DNA of 64,000 nt, taken from positions 1-64,000 of the forward strand of contig JAEOTM010000143.1 of the NCBI GenBank assembly GCA_016839815.1. Reading direction: 5' to 3'. Position numbers and translations under genes: made by a program. The stretch comes from Candidatus Hodarchaeota archaeon (GTDB lineage: Archaea > Asgardarchaeota > Heimdallarchaeia > Hodarchaeales > Hodarchaeaceae). The notes under the pieces are model-generated. The model ran no database searches. It saw only the letters and a list, made by a program, of their open reading frames with translations, and was not told the origin of the DNA. Shown here piece after piece: positions 18,725-28,200 of the stretch (positions are counted from its first letter, which is position 1; every line of letters starts with the position of its first letter).

Positions 18725-20305
18725 TTAGAACATAAATTGATTCTCAAAGAATACTGTTGCTTCATTCATCATATCCATTAGCCAAGAGGGGAAAATACCC
18801 AGAAGTAGGGTAAAAAGACTTAGAAGTCCAAGAACAGTAAATTGGGTCCAGTGATTAACATCGTGTGCATGTGCTAGCTCAGGATTCTTATCTCCAAATA
18901 CAGTTCTTTGCAGCATCCATAGATAATATGCGGCTGTAAACACAATACCGAAGATTCCAATAAATGCTAAGATCATTTCCCATTCAAAAAGTGCAAGAAA
19001 GACTAAAAGTTCTGACCAGAATCCAGCTAATCCAGGTAAACCTGCACTTGCGAATGAAGCAAATACTAACACCGCTGCAGTAATTGGCATATTTTTAGCA
19101 AAGCCTCGCAATTTGGGTATATCACGTGTGTGTGCAGAATGGCCAATTGTTCCAGCTAAAAAGAAGAGCAACGGTGAAATAACTCCATGTGCAATCTGCA
19201 TGTATTGTGCACCAGCAAATCCTTCCTGAGTCTGAGTAGCAACACCAAGTAGAACAATCCCCATGTGTCCTACACTACTGTAAGCTACAAGAGATTTCAT
19301 ATCTACTTGTCTTAAAGCCACCCAAGCACCATATAATAATGAAATAACACCAATGAGGGCCACTAACCATGCAAACTCAGCTAGAGCTTCTGGTAAAAAC
19401 CAACCGCTCATTCGCATTAATCCATAACCCCCCATTTTGAGTAACAAGCCAGCCAAAATCATAGATCCAGGAGTAGGGGCTTCCACGTGAGCTAAGGGCA
19501 ACCATGTATGGAATGGAACACTAGGTACTTTCACAATAAACCCGAATAATAGTGCTAAGAAAACTAGTAAAATAAACCAGCCATTTCCAAATCCAGAATC
19601 GACAGAGATTTTAGTTAAAGTGGCAAAAGAGAATGTTCCTCCTCCTCCAGTTATATCGTTAAATTTAGGTGAAGCTGATTCCAACCAGATACCAATTATT
19701 CCTAAAAGCATGATCATCGATGCTACATGGGTATAGATGAAGAAGTATATTGCCGCATATTCACGTCTTGGACCACCCCAAATCCCTATGAGGAAGAACA
19801 TGGGTACTAATACCAATTCCCAGGCAACATAAAAGATAACAAAGTCAGTTGCAAGGAATGTGCCCATTACACCTGTTTCCAATAGAAGAATCATGGCGTA
19901 ATAGGCGGGTTCTCTTTCATGGATATCTTTAAATGATGCAAGGACCGCAACAACAAAGATAAATCCACTTAGAAGAACCAAAGGTAAGCTTAATCCGTCT
20001 ATTCCAAGAGAATAATTCATACCTATTGATTTGATCCACACGATGTTCTCTACAAGAACCCATTGACCGCCAGCTGCATGACCTACATGCAGACTTGTGG
20101 GCAAAAGTGGATTGTTTTCATACATCATCCAAACCAATATAGCAAGCGCAAACGTAATCAAGCTTACAAATAAAGCTAAATAACGTGCAAACCCTTCTCT
20201 CACACGGCCGAAAAACCATGTAGGTAGTGCTGCTAGAATTGGTAGAAGAAAAATTAGAGATAATACTCCAATTCCATTTTCACCAAATAATATCTGTGAT
20301 ATCAT
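18725..20305 (-). CDS. nuoM: Complex I-like subunit M (single copy)
   Basis: WELVLVPMF, KVPSVPFHTWLPLAHVEAPT, LLKMGGYG, GLPGLAGFWSE. ATG 20305 chosen over TTG 20314. Confidence 0.95.
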   Translation of the reverse strand: MISQILFGENGIGVLSLIFLLPILAALPTWFFGRVREGFARYLALFVSLITFALAILVWMMYENNPLLPTSLHVGHAAGGQWVLVENIVWIKSIGMNYSLGIDGLSLPLVLLSGFIFVVAVLASFKDIHEREPAYYAMILLLETGVMGTFLATDFVIFYVAWELVLVPMFFLIGIWGGPRREYAAIYFFIYTHVASMIMLLGIIGIWLESASPKFNDITGGGGTFSFATLTKISVDSGFGNGWFILLVFLALLFGFIVKVPSVPFHTWLPLAHVEAPTPGSMILAGLLLKMGGYGLMRMSGWFLPEALAEFAWLVALIGVISLLYGAWVALRQVDMKSLVAYSSVGHMGIVLLGVATQTQEGFAGAQYMQIAHGVISPLLFFLAGTIGHSAHTRDIPKLRGFAKNMPITAAVLVFASFASAGLPGLAGFWSELLVFLALFEWEMILAFIGIFGIVFTAAYYLWMLQRTVFGDKNPELAHAHDVNHWTQFTVLGLLSLFTLLLGIFPSWLMDMMNEATVFFENQFMF

Positions 20306-20328
20306 TGTCTTCAACCTTCAATTTTGTT

Positions 20329-22590
20329 TTAGAGGGGTAACTCCCCTGCAAATAATAAACCGATGATAATAATTATAATTGCACCTAATAATGTATAAAG
20401 TGCGTAATTCTCAACTACTCCAGTTTGAATTCGTCTAAAGTATCCCCCAGTCTTCATAACTCCTTTAGCAGAGCCTCGGATAATTCCCTGATCAATAACA
20501 CGTTCGTCTGTTGCTTTAGCTAGACCACATAATGCTACAGATGCACGGCCAGTTAAACGCACCAAACCATCAATCACTGTATCATCCCACCATCTGGAAA
20601 AACCGCAAAGCTCGTAACCAATTCGTCCAACGAACCTTACTGCATTATCGAAGATGTTTCTCTCGATCCAATTCATTGCTTCACAAAAGTATGCGTAAAT
20701 GATGTGAACTAAACCGAGGTAAAGGTCATCAATATAATAGCCCTTTTCGAGTAATCTTTGAACTCCTCGACCAATAAATGTCGATTTTACTCCTCGAATG
20801 ACTGAACGAGAGGCCTGCTGAATCCCTACTATTGAATCCTGTTCCTCAACTTCAAATTTAAACGTACCATCCTCTGGAAAGGTTACTGTGGCATTCTTTC
20901 TTGGATAATAGACCAAATATGCAAGGCCTATACCACATAAAGCGATAATAATAGAGGAAAGCTGAGTCATTACTATAAGGCTCTTTTCAATATGAGGAGC
21001 TACACCTTCTAGCCACACAGCCATGTGATGTTCTATATTCAATTGAGGAATTAGTTCAAAATTTAATACTGGGATATTTCCTAAAAGATAGATTCCAGAT
21101 AAGACTAATGACACAATTGCTAGTGTCCACAATGGTCTGGTCATCCAGCTATCAGATTCGTGTGCATGATGCTCTGGTTTTCTAGATTGTCCAGGAAATA
21201 CCAGGAACCATAATCTAAAAATGTAAAACGCTGTAAGAAATGCTGTAATAATTGATGATAACCATACAAGATAAATTAAAGGTTCGTGGGAGGCATGGTC
21301 AAGCGCATGAAGAATTATAGCGTCTTTACTGAAGAAACCATTGCCAATCCCAGCAAGGGAAAGGGATCCTATCAACATCACGATTGAAGTATGAGGCATC
21401 TTATCTCGCAATCCACCCATCTCACGAATATCTTGCGTACCTGCGCCGTGAATTACAGATCCTGCGGATAAAAATAACAAGGCTTTAAATATACCATGAT
21501 TAATGATATGGAAGACAGCTACTGCCATACCTCCAACCCCTAACCCAATAGTCATATAGCCTAATTGACTTATAGTAGAAAATGCCAATACTCCCTTAAT
21601 ATCTGTTTGAACTAAAGCAATAGTTCCAGATAAAATAGCTGTAATCCCACCTATGAGTGCAACTACAAGAAGTGCTTCAGAACTTGCGTGTTCAAAGACA
21701 AAGTAACTCCTGGCAACTAAAAAGATTCCAGCTTTGACCATTGTCGCACTATGGATCAAACAACTTACTGTTGTCGGTCCAGCCATAGCGTCTGGTAACC
21801 ACACATGCAAAGGAAATTGGGCAGATTTACCAACTGCTCCTGCAAAAATTAGCAACGCGATTACAACAGACCACATTGGATCAAATTGAATGGTTCCTTC
21901 ATGCAAATAATCGCGAATAGTAATAAAATCAAAGGTTGGACCAACATCTAATGTTTCAAGATAGAGTAGAATAATTCCAGCAAATAGAAATATATCTCCT
22001 ATCTTGGTTGTCAAAAAAGCCTTTTTCGCAGCTGATGCGGGATGAGGTTGGCCCTCAGGAACAACTTCTTTATCATAGAAATAACCAATTAGTAAATAGC
22101 TACAAACCCCCATGAGTTCCCAGCCAATAAAGAGTTGGATGAAGTTTGGGGAGAAACATAGAGTTAACATGGCGGCAGCGAACAGATTTATTTCAGCATA
22201 ATAGCGAGGAGAGCCATCATGAGACATGTAACTTCTACTATAAACAACTACAAGAAACGCAACAAGTGCTACAAGTAAGCTGACAACCGCAGATAAGGGG
22301 TCAAGTAAAACTCCTATTTCGAGATCAATATCCCCAACATGGAACCAAGTAAAAGCAATCTTTTCCTCAATATGTGCATGATCCAAAAGAAGTCGTAGGA
22401 CGATTTCTCCTGAAACAAGGAGTGTCAGTATAAAACTTCCACCTGTCGCACCAAGAGCAATTAAATTTCCATGTGCTTTTTTATCAAAGTATTTTCCGAA
22501 GAAAAGGACGATAAATGATGCTACTATCGGGATAGCTGGAATTAAGATTGCAAGATTCCCAAATATTAAATGTGTTACTTCATCAGCCAT
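20329..22590 (-). CDS. nuoL: Complex I-like subunit L with extended lateral helix
   Basis: WELMGVCSYLLIG, GKSAQFPLHVWLPDAMAGPT, HGIFKALLFL, FFSKDAI, C-terminal QTG..NYA. Confidence 0.95.
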   Translation of the reverse strand: MADEVTHLIFGNLAILIPAIPIVASFIVLFFGKYFDKKAHGNLIALGATGGSFILTLLVSGEIVLRLLLDHAHIEEKIAFTWFHVGDIDLEIGVLLDPLSAVVSLLVALVAFLVVVYSRSYMSHDGSPRYYAEINLFAAAMLTLCFSPNFIQLFIGWELMGVCSYLLIGYFYDKEVVPEGQPHPASAAKKAFLTTKIGDIFLFAGIILLYLETLDVGPTFDFITIRDYLHEGTIQFDPMWSVVIALLIFAGAVGKSAQFPLHVWLPDAMAGPTTVSCLIHSATMVKAGIFLVARSYFVFEHASSEALLVVALIGGITAILSGTIALVQTDIKGVLAFSTISQLGYMTIGLGVGGMAVAVFHIINHGIFKALLFLSAGSVIHGAGTQDIREMGGLRDKMPHTSIVMLIGSLSLAGIGNGFFSKDAIILHALDHASHEPLIYLVWLSSIITAFLTAFYIFRLWFLVFPGQSRKPEHHAHESDSWMTRPLWTLAIVSLVLSGIYLLGNIPVLNFELIPQLNIEHHMAVWLEGVAPHIEKSLIVMTQLSSIIIALCGIGLAYLVYYPRKNATVTFPEDGTFKFEVEEQDSIVGIQQASRSVIRGVKSTFIGRGVQRLLEKGYYIDDLYLGLVHIIYAYFCEAMNWIERNIFDNAVRFVGRIGYELCGFSRWWDDTVIDGLVRLTGRASVALCGLAKATDERVIDQGIIRGSAKGVMKTGGYFRRIQTGVVENYALYTLLGAIIIIIIGLLFAGELPL

Positions 22591-22601
22591 AACTTGTCAC
22601 C

Positions 22602-22913
22602 TTAGCCTTTCAATGTTTGAAAGTTAGTTGCCTCCACGGTACCATGATTCCGGTAAACTGATAGAATTATTCCCAGTCCCACCGCAGCTTCTGCTGCAGC
22701 TAATGCTATACTGATAATGACAGCTACTTGTCCTGTAACAAAGCCCACATCATTGTACAGTGCAAAAATTGCAAAGTTAATATTTGCAGAATTCAACATT
22801 AATTCGATTGCAATTAGCATGCGTACCGCTGACTTCGATCTGATAAATCCAGCAAAACCAATCAGGAATAGCATCAGAGCAACACCAAGAAAAATTGACG
22901 AATCGAAACTCAT
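22602..22913 (-). CDS. nuoK: Complex I-like subunit K
   Basis: IELMLNSANIN, AAAEAAVGLGI. Confidence 0.95.
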   Translation of the reverse strand: MSFDSSIFLGVALMLFLIGFAGFIRSKSAVRMLIAIELMLNSANINFAIFALYNDVGFVTGQVAVIISIALAAAEAAVGLGIILSVYRNHGTVEATNFQTLKG

Positions 22914-23497
22914 ACATCCTCAACCTCCTTCTTAACAAGATATACGCTACCAAGCATTGCTCCTAAAATTAGTAATCCTAAGGTTATTATTGTTATACCG
23001 TGCGTAGTAAATAATGATGTAGCTAAAGAACCAATTACTTCAGTTTCCACTCGGTAACCTTGAGAATCATAGAATGGAGCTCTACTAGTTAAATCTGGTA
23101 ATGTCCAAAAAGCATTGCTGACTTGAAAAATTGTATATACTGATATTAACAATAATAAAAATGCTCCCGCGAAACTTAGACGCCAATCCATTAATTTTTC
23201 TCTACCAGAGGATTCAAACATTGCTTCTCGCCCTGAAAGAGTAATCGCAAAGAGCAATAATACAGTAATCCCTCCTGCATAAACAATGATTTGAATCACA
23301 AATAATATAGAGGATTCAGCGTAGAGAAGGAACATCATTGCAATACCTAAAAAGCAAAAAACTAACCAGAGAACTGCATGATATACACTTTTGACATGAG
23401 TTGCTAGGAAAGCTGAACCTAATGTATAACCCACTAATAGATACAAAATAACAATATTAAATACTTCAAATAGTTCAGATGGAATTAAGAATGCCAT
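22910..23497 (-). CDS. nuoJ: Complex I-like subunit J
   Basis: QIIVYAGGITVLLLFAI; operon position. Confidence 0.92.
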   Translation of the reverse strand: MAFLIPSELFEVFNIVILYLLVGYTLGSAFLATHVKSVYHAVLWLVFCFLGIAMMFLLYAESSILFVIQIIVYAGGITVLLLFAITLSGREAMFESSGREKLMDWRLSFAGAFLLLLISVYTIFQVSNAFWTLPDLTSRAPFYDSQGYRVETEVIGSLATSLFTTHGITIITLGLLILGAMLGSVYLVKKEVEDV

Positions 23498-24135
23498 TAT
23501 TCGTTCTCCTTTTTCTCGTTTGAGTCCTTTTTCAACTCTAAAGAAATATCAAAATCAGAGTAAAAATCACCATACTCCTCTTCGTATTCTTTCTTTTGCT
23601 TTTTATATTCCTCTGGATAATAGAGTTGATAGATCTCGAATAATTTTTGGTAATTATGATAAAGTTCTGTTTTATTTTTTGTAGCAGCATCAAATCCTGG
23701 AGTATGATATAATGAATCGAATCGACAGGATTCTACACAAATACCGCAATACATACATCTTCCTGCAAAGATTTGAGGATGTTCTAAAGGTCTATCTTTC
23801 TTCCAGTGGGGAGGTTGAGGGTCAGCTGTGACCATCTCAATGCATTTATTAGGGCAATTACGCGCACAGAGTTTACACCCTGTACAATTGTAGATATTCA
23901 TACCTATTAACCCGCGTGCATTTGGGGTTAAGTGTGGTGTATGTTTGAATACATCAGATAAACTTAGATCACGATCAAGAATGGTTAGGCCTTTCTCTGC
24001 CAATTTCTCAGGGAAATAAATCGTGTCCTCATTTCTCCTATCCCCATCAGGTATAGTGAAAGGTTTTTTCCGAACCAATATTTTTCCGACATATGCCATC
24101 GGACGAGTTATCAAAAAACTGGGAACCAAACGCAT
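23497..24135 (-). CDS. nuoI: Complex I-like subunit I (2x[4Fe-4S])
   Basis: CTGCKLCARNCP and CMYCGICVESC. Confidence 0.92.
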   Translation of the reverse strand: MRLVPSFLITRPMAYVGKILVRKKPFTIPDGDRRNEDTIYFPEKLAEKGLTILDRDLSLSDVFKHTPHLTPNARGLIGMNIYNCTGCKLCARNCPNKCIEMVTADPQPPHWKKDRPLEHPQIFAGRCMYCGICVESCRFDSLYHTPGFDAATKNKTELYHNYQKLFEIYQLYYPEEYKKQKKEYEEEYGDFYSDFDISLELKKDSNEKKENE

Positions 24136-25292
24136 TAAATCACCACTAAATCTCCAAAAATAGAGGGTTCAATTAAATATAAAGCGATAACATATAGAAT
24201 ATTGATTATAGCCAATGGAATCAGCCTCTTCCATCCAATATCAAGGAGTTGATCAATTCGCACTCTCGGTAGTGCGCTTCTGATCCAAATAAACAGAAAT
24301 ACAAAAATCCATACCTTTACAGTAATGATAATGGTTGGAAGTAATGGCCAAAACTCAAAGAAATCTGTCATTACATCTACTGGGATAATTGGAAGATAAG
24401 AACCTCCCAAGAATAATGATACTCCTACAAAGGCCCCTATAAGAAGAATGAAATATTCAGTAGCCATTGACATCATGTACCGAAAGCCCGTGAGTTCTGT
24501 ACGCCATCCCATAACCAATTCTGCTTCTGCTTCGGGAACATCAAACGGAACTCGTTCGGTTTCAGCCGCTAAAGCCGTAATATACACTATAAAACCAATT
24601 GGCATTAAAACAGCAAAAGGAAGACCGAAAGCAGTAGTGGTTTGTTGTTTCGCTATCGAAAGCATCGAAAATGAATTAGTAACAATAACAACTGCTCCAA
24701 TCGAAAGTAAAAGGGGAATTTCATAAGAAATCATTTGCGCTGCTGATCTAAATGCTCCTAATAACGAATATTTATTGTTAGAAGACCATCCTGTTACTAA
24801 GACACCGATGGGATATAAAGAAAACACTGCAAATATTAAAAGGAATCCAACAGCTGGATTAGCAATGACTGCTTCTCCACCAAGAGGTAATAGTGCTCCA
24901 AGCATAAAAGGTGGTGCAACCACAAAGGCAAAGAAGCCAATATTGAAGGGAAATTTATCAGCTTTTTCTGGAACAATGTCCTCTTTTGCGAAGAATTTTA
25001 GAAATTCTGCAATATTTTGTAAAAACCCAAATTTCCAAGTGCGTCCAAAGAAATGCCCATAATTAAAATCAACGAATGTAATACCCCTCATGTTCATCAT
25101 CCTTGGCCATGCTTTGCGTTCGAGCCAAATTAACATGATTGTATTGACAATTAGAAACAGAAGAATAGTCGTCATTTCCAGGGAATCAATCAATGTAGAG
25201 CGAAGTGAATCTTGAATTGAATCGGTTAATCCTAAAAACTCAAGGAGAGTATCAACCAAACCATCGTATATTCCATAACCCATGAATCTCAC
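24135..25292 (-). CDS. nuoH: Complex I-like subunit H
   Basis: WLERK, SNNKYSLLGAFRSAAQMISYE, AETERVPFDVPEAEAEL, PRVRIDQL. Confidence 0.95.
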   Translation of the reverse strand: MRFMGYGIYDGLVDTLLEFLGLTDSIQDSLRSTLIDSLEMTTILLFLIVNTIMLIWLERKAWPRMMNMRGITFVDFNYGHFFGRTWKFGFLQNIAEFLKFFAKEDIVPEKADKFPFNIGFFAFVVAPPFMLGALLPLGGEAVIANPAVGFLLIFAVFSLYPIGVLVTGWSSNNKYSLLGAFRSAAQMISYEIPLLLSIGAVVIVTNSFSMLSIAKQQTTTAFGLPFAVLMPIGFIVYITALAAETERVPFDVPEAEAELVMGWRTELTGFRYMMSMATEYFILLIGAFVGVSLFLGGSYLPIIPVDVMTDFFEFWPLLPTIIITVKVWIFVFLFIWIRSALPRVRIDQLLDIGWKRLIPLAIINILYVIALYLIEPSIFGDLVVI

Positions 25293-26381
25293 CTATCTAT
25301 CTATTTCTCCCATACATAAATCAATACTAGCTACTATGGGTGCGATATCTGCGACTTTCACTCCTCTAAGTAAATGAGAAGACAAAGCTAAGTTGCTATA
25401 TGCTGGAGATTTAATTTTAACACGATAAGGGATTTTATCGTCGTTTCCAATAATATAAAAGCCTGCTTCCCCGCGCGGATCTGATGTCCTGAAATAAACT
25501 TCGCCTTTTGGTAGTTTTCTGGGAGCTTTTTGCGATATCTCTCCTTCACTTGGGAGTGCGTCCAAAGCTTGACGAATAATCTTTGTAGATTGAAGCATTT
25601 CATCCATTCTAACTCTATAACGAGAAAAACAATCTCCATGAGTTCGCATAGGAATCTCAAAATCTAGTTCATCATAAACAAGATAGGGTTCAATCTTTCT
25701 AATATCACCTTGGACTCCAGACGCTCTTAGTACTGGTCCAGTGGCACCCATATTTAGGGCGGTCTGTCTATCTAAAATTCCAACATTTTCAGTCCTCATT
25801 CTGAATACCTTGGAATTATCACACATATCCTCATATTCACCTATACGTTTATCTAAAAAGTGAGAAAGGCTTCGTGCATCTTCTTCAAATCCCTTTGGTA
25901 CCTCATGCTTCAATCCGCCAATTCTGAAATAGTTATACATCATTCGTGAACCAGCGACATGCTCTAACAAATCTAAGATGTATTCTCTTTCACGGAATGT
26001 TAGTGCTTGCATTGTAACTATACCTACATCCGCAGTAAATGCTGATAACCAAGTCAAGTGAGAAGCAATACGCTGTAATTCTAACATAATTACACGTAAA
26101 TATTGGGCTCTTTTACTAACCTCTAATCCCATTAATTTTTCTATTGCTAGAATATAACTCGCTTCCCAAGACATTGCACTCACATAACACAACCGGTCGG
26201 CTAATGGTTGAAAAGTATTAAAAGGACGAGATTCAGCCATTTTTTCAATCATCCGAAAAATGTAACCAATCATAATTTCGGCATCAATAACCTTTTCACC
26301 TTCAGTTCTAACTTTGAGGGTCCATAATCCGTGGTTTACTGGGTGTTGAGGGCCCATATGGATAAACATTTGTTCACTCAT
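25293..26381 (-). CDS. nuoD: Complex I-like subunit D (quinone-site type, not a [NiFe] hydrogenase)
   Basis: GPQHPVNHG, DRLCY and C-terminal DLCMGEIDR; both NiFe CxxC pairs are incomplete. Confidence 0.93.
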   Translation of the reverse strand: MSEQMFIHMGPQHPVNHGLWTLKVRTEGEKVIDAEIMIGYIFRMIEKMAESRPFNTFQPLADRLCYVSAMSWEASYILAIEKLMGLEVSKRAQYLRVIMLELQRIASHLTWLSAFTADVGIVTMQALTFREREYILDLLEHVAGSRMMYNYFRIGGLKHEVPKGFEEDARSLSHFLDKRIGEYEDMCDNSKVFRMRTENVGILDRQTALNMGATGPVLRASGVQGDIRKIEPYLVYDELDFEIPMRTHGDCFSRYRVRMDEMLQSTKIIRQALDALPSEGEISQKAPRKLPKGEVYFRTSDPRGEAGFYIIGNDDKIPYRVKIKSPAYSNLALSSHLLRGVKVADIAPIVASIDLCMGEIDR

Positions 26382-26399
26382 GTAAATACTACCTCTATT

Positions 26400-26918
26400 C
26401 TATTTTTTCGGTTGTGGTTTATATGAGAAGGGTTTTTCTGGTAATTTGTAGCTTCTTCGCATCGGGTAAAGTTCAGAAATATGCTTATGATCAAATTCAT
26501 CCCAATCGTCTGGAAGTAGTAATCTTTTCAGATTTGGATGGTTCGATACATGGATCCCGTATAAATCGAAAAGTTCCCTCTCGTGCCAATTAGCTGAAGC
26601 CCAGATAGATGTAATTGATGGTACTTCTGGATTATCACGATTTTCCAATTTGACATGTATTTGAATAACGGTTGAATCCCCATCCCACCTATCAATATGA
26701 TATACAACTTCAAAATGGGTTTCCCAGTCAACTCCCGCAATTGATTCTAATGAGGGGAAATTCAATTCATTTGCAATAAAATTCATTATTTTTAATAAGT
26801 TTTCAGCTTCAACCTGTAATTTTAATCGATTGTTTTCAGGTATTTCAGCTTGAATCAGCTTATCTCCAAGCACTTCTTTCAGTTGGGTAAGGTGAGATTG
26901 AGAATTTGACATAATCAC
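26400..26918 (-). CDS. nuoC: Complex I-like subunit C
   Basis: PSITSIWASANWHERELFDLYGI..HPNLKRLL. Confidence 0.93.
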   Translation of the reverse strand: MIMSNSQSHLTQLKEVLGDKLIQAEIPENNRLKLQVEAENLLKIMNFIANELNFPSLESIAGVDWETHFEVVYHIDRWDGDSTVIQIHVKLENRDNPEVPSITSIWASANWHERELFDLYGIHVSNHPNLKRLLLPDDWDEFDHKHISELYPMRRSYKLPEKPFSYKPQPKK

Positions 26919-27541
26919 TCGTCCTTTTGTGGTTTAGCAATACGAATTCTGTGATCAACAGGTGCAGGAGTACGATCATAAAATTCAGGTACTTCATCAA
27001 GTAATGGTTCTGGCACAAATATATTATCTTCTTTAATTTTTTCTTGCAACCGATGAAGTCCAGCCCACATTGCTTCTGGACGAGGAGGACATCCAGGAAC
27101 ATAAACATCAACAGGAATAACTTGATCTACACCTTCTAGTATCGTAGGAGCTTGCCAAAAAGGTCCACCACTAATTGCACATTCCCCTGTTGCAAGTACC
27201 CATTTCGGACTAGGCATTTGATCGTAAACGTCTCGCAATCTCGAAGCAAATTTAGTACTTACTGGTCCATTGATCCATAAAACGTCACAATGTCTCGGGC
27301 TAGCTCTGAATAAGACACCTATTCGCTGGGTATCATACCGTCCCGCTGCAGTAGCACCCATTTCAATTGCACAGCATTTCATTCCTAGATACACTGGATA
27401 TAGACTGCATCGTTGGGCCCAATTTCTCAACCAATTTGCGACAACCGTAACAAAACCACGGGATTTTGTCAAGACAACATTAGGCATTGGTTCATAGATT
27501 TCGAGCTCTCCGAGAGCTTTTAATTCATCATACTTGGCCAT
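26915..27541 (-). CDS. nuoB: Complex I-like subunit B (cluster N2)
   Basis: CCAIEM, RASPRHCD, GECAISGG, VPGCPPRPE. Confidence 0.95.
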   Translation of the reverse strand: MAKYDELKALGELEIYEPMPNVVLTKSRGFVTVVANWLRNWAQRCSLYPVYLGMKCCAIEMGATAAGRYDTQRIGVLFRASPRHCDVLWINGPVSTKFASRLRDVYDQMPSPKWVLATGECAISGGPFWQAPTILEGVDQVIPVDVYVPGCPPRPEAMWAGLHRLQEKIKEDNIFVPEPLLDEVPEFYDRTPAPVDHRIRIAKPQKDE

Positions 27542-27544
27542 TGT

Positions 27545-27913
27545 TCACACCCACGATAAGGTTCCTTTTTTTATCCAGAAAAATACGCCAAAGAGTATTA
27601 AGGCTGAGAAAATTCCCATAACGATTAGAAGAGGAGTTAAGTCCGTGACCAAACGAAATGAGTATGCCCAGAGTAAAAAGAGTATTGTGAGAATATCAAA
27701 GACGACAAAAACTACTGCAAAAGTAAAAAATTGAACATTGAATCTAACTTGAGCTGACCCAATCGGTTTTTCCCCACATTCGTATGTAGTTGATGCTTGC
27801 CGTAATCGTGGAATGCTTGGGGCCAATAGATACTGTATCAGTTTAATGGCAATGGGGCTAGCTAATCCTGCAATTAAAAAAAGTCCTAAATGAGTCATTT
27901 CTAATTCAAACAT
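27545..27913 (-). CDS. nuoA: Complex I-like subunit A
   Basis: YECGE, FVVFD, C-terminal KKGTLSW. Confidence 0.93.
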   Translation of the reverse strand: MFELEMTHLGLFLIAGLASPIAIKLIQYLLAPSIPRLRQASTTYECGEKPIGSAQVRFNVQFFTFAVVFVVFDILTILFLLWAYSFRLVTDLTPLLIVMGIFSALILFGVFFWIKKGTLSWV

Positions 27914-28200
27914 CTTTATCTCACATTATTATTGAATCAAAATTTGTAATAATTCTCTATTTCTGATCAATGAAGAAAATCCATGCTTTTTGTGAAAAGC
28001 TGGTTTCCGAGGTGTTGATTTTTTTCTAGATCGGCGTTTTCCCTTCAAACACCCTATTTATTAATATCTTTCTCGAAATGAATAAAAAGTAAACAATAAT
28101 TAACTATTCCGTCACGCTTGTGTAATTAGGATTCAACTTGTAAACAGTGTAAACACATCATTTTATTGATCTAGTAATAAAGGCTCTTCATGATGTTAGA

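Noticed and set aside
25293-26381. NuoD as a group 4 [NiFe]-hydrogenase large subunit
   Set aside because: Both CxxC nickel-binding motifs are incomplete (RLCYVS, DLCMGE) and the quinone-site residues are present.
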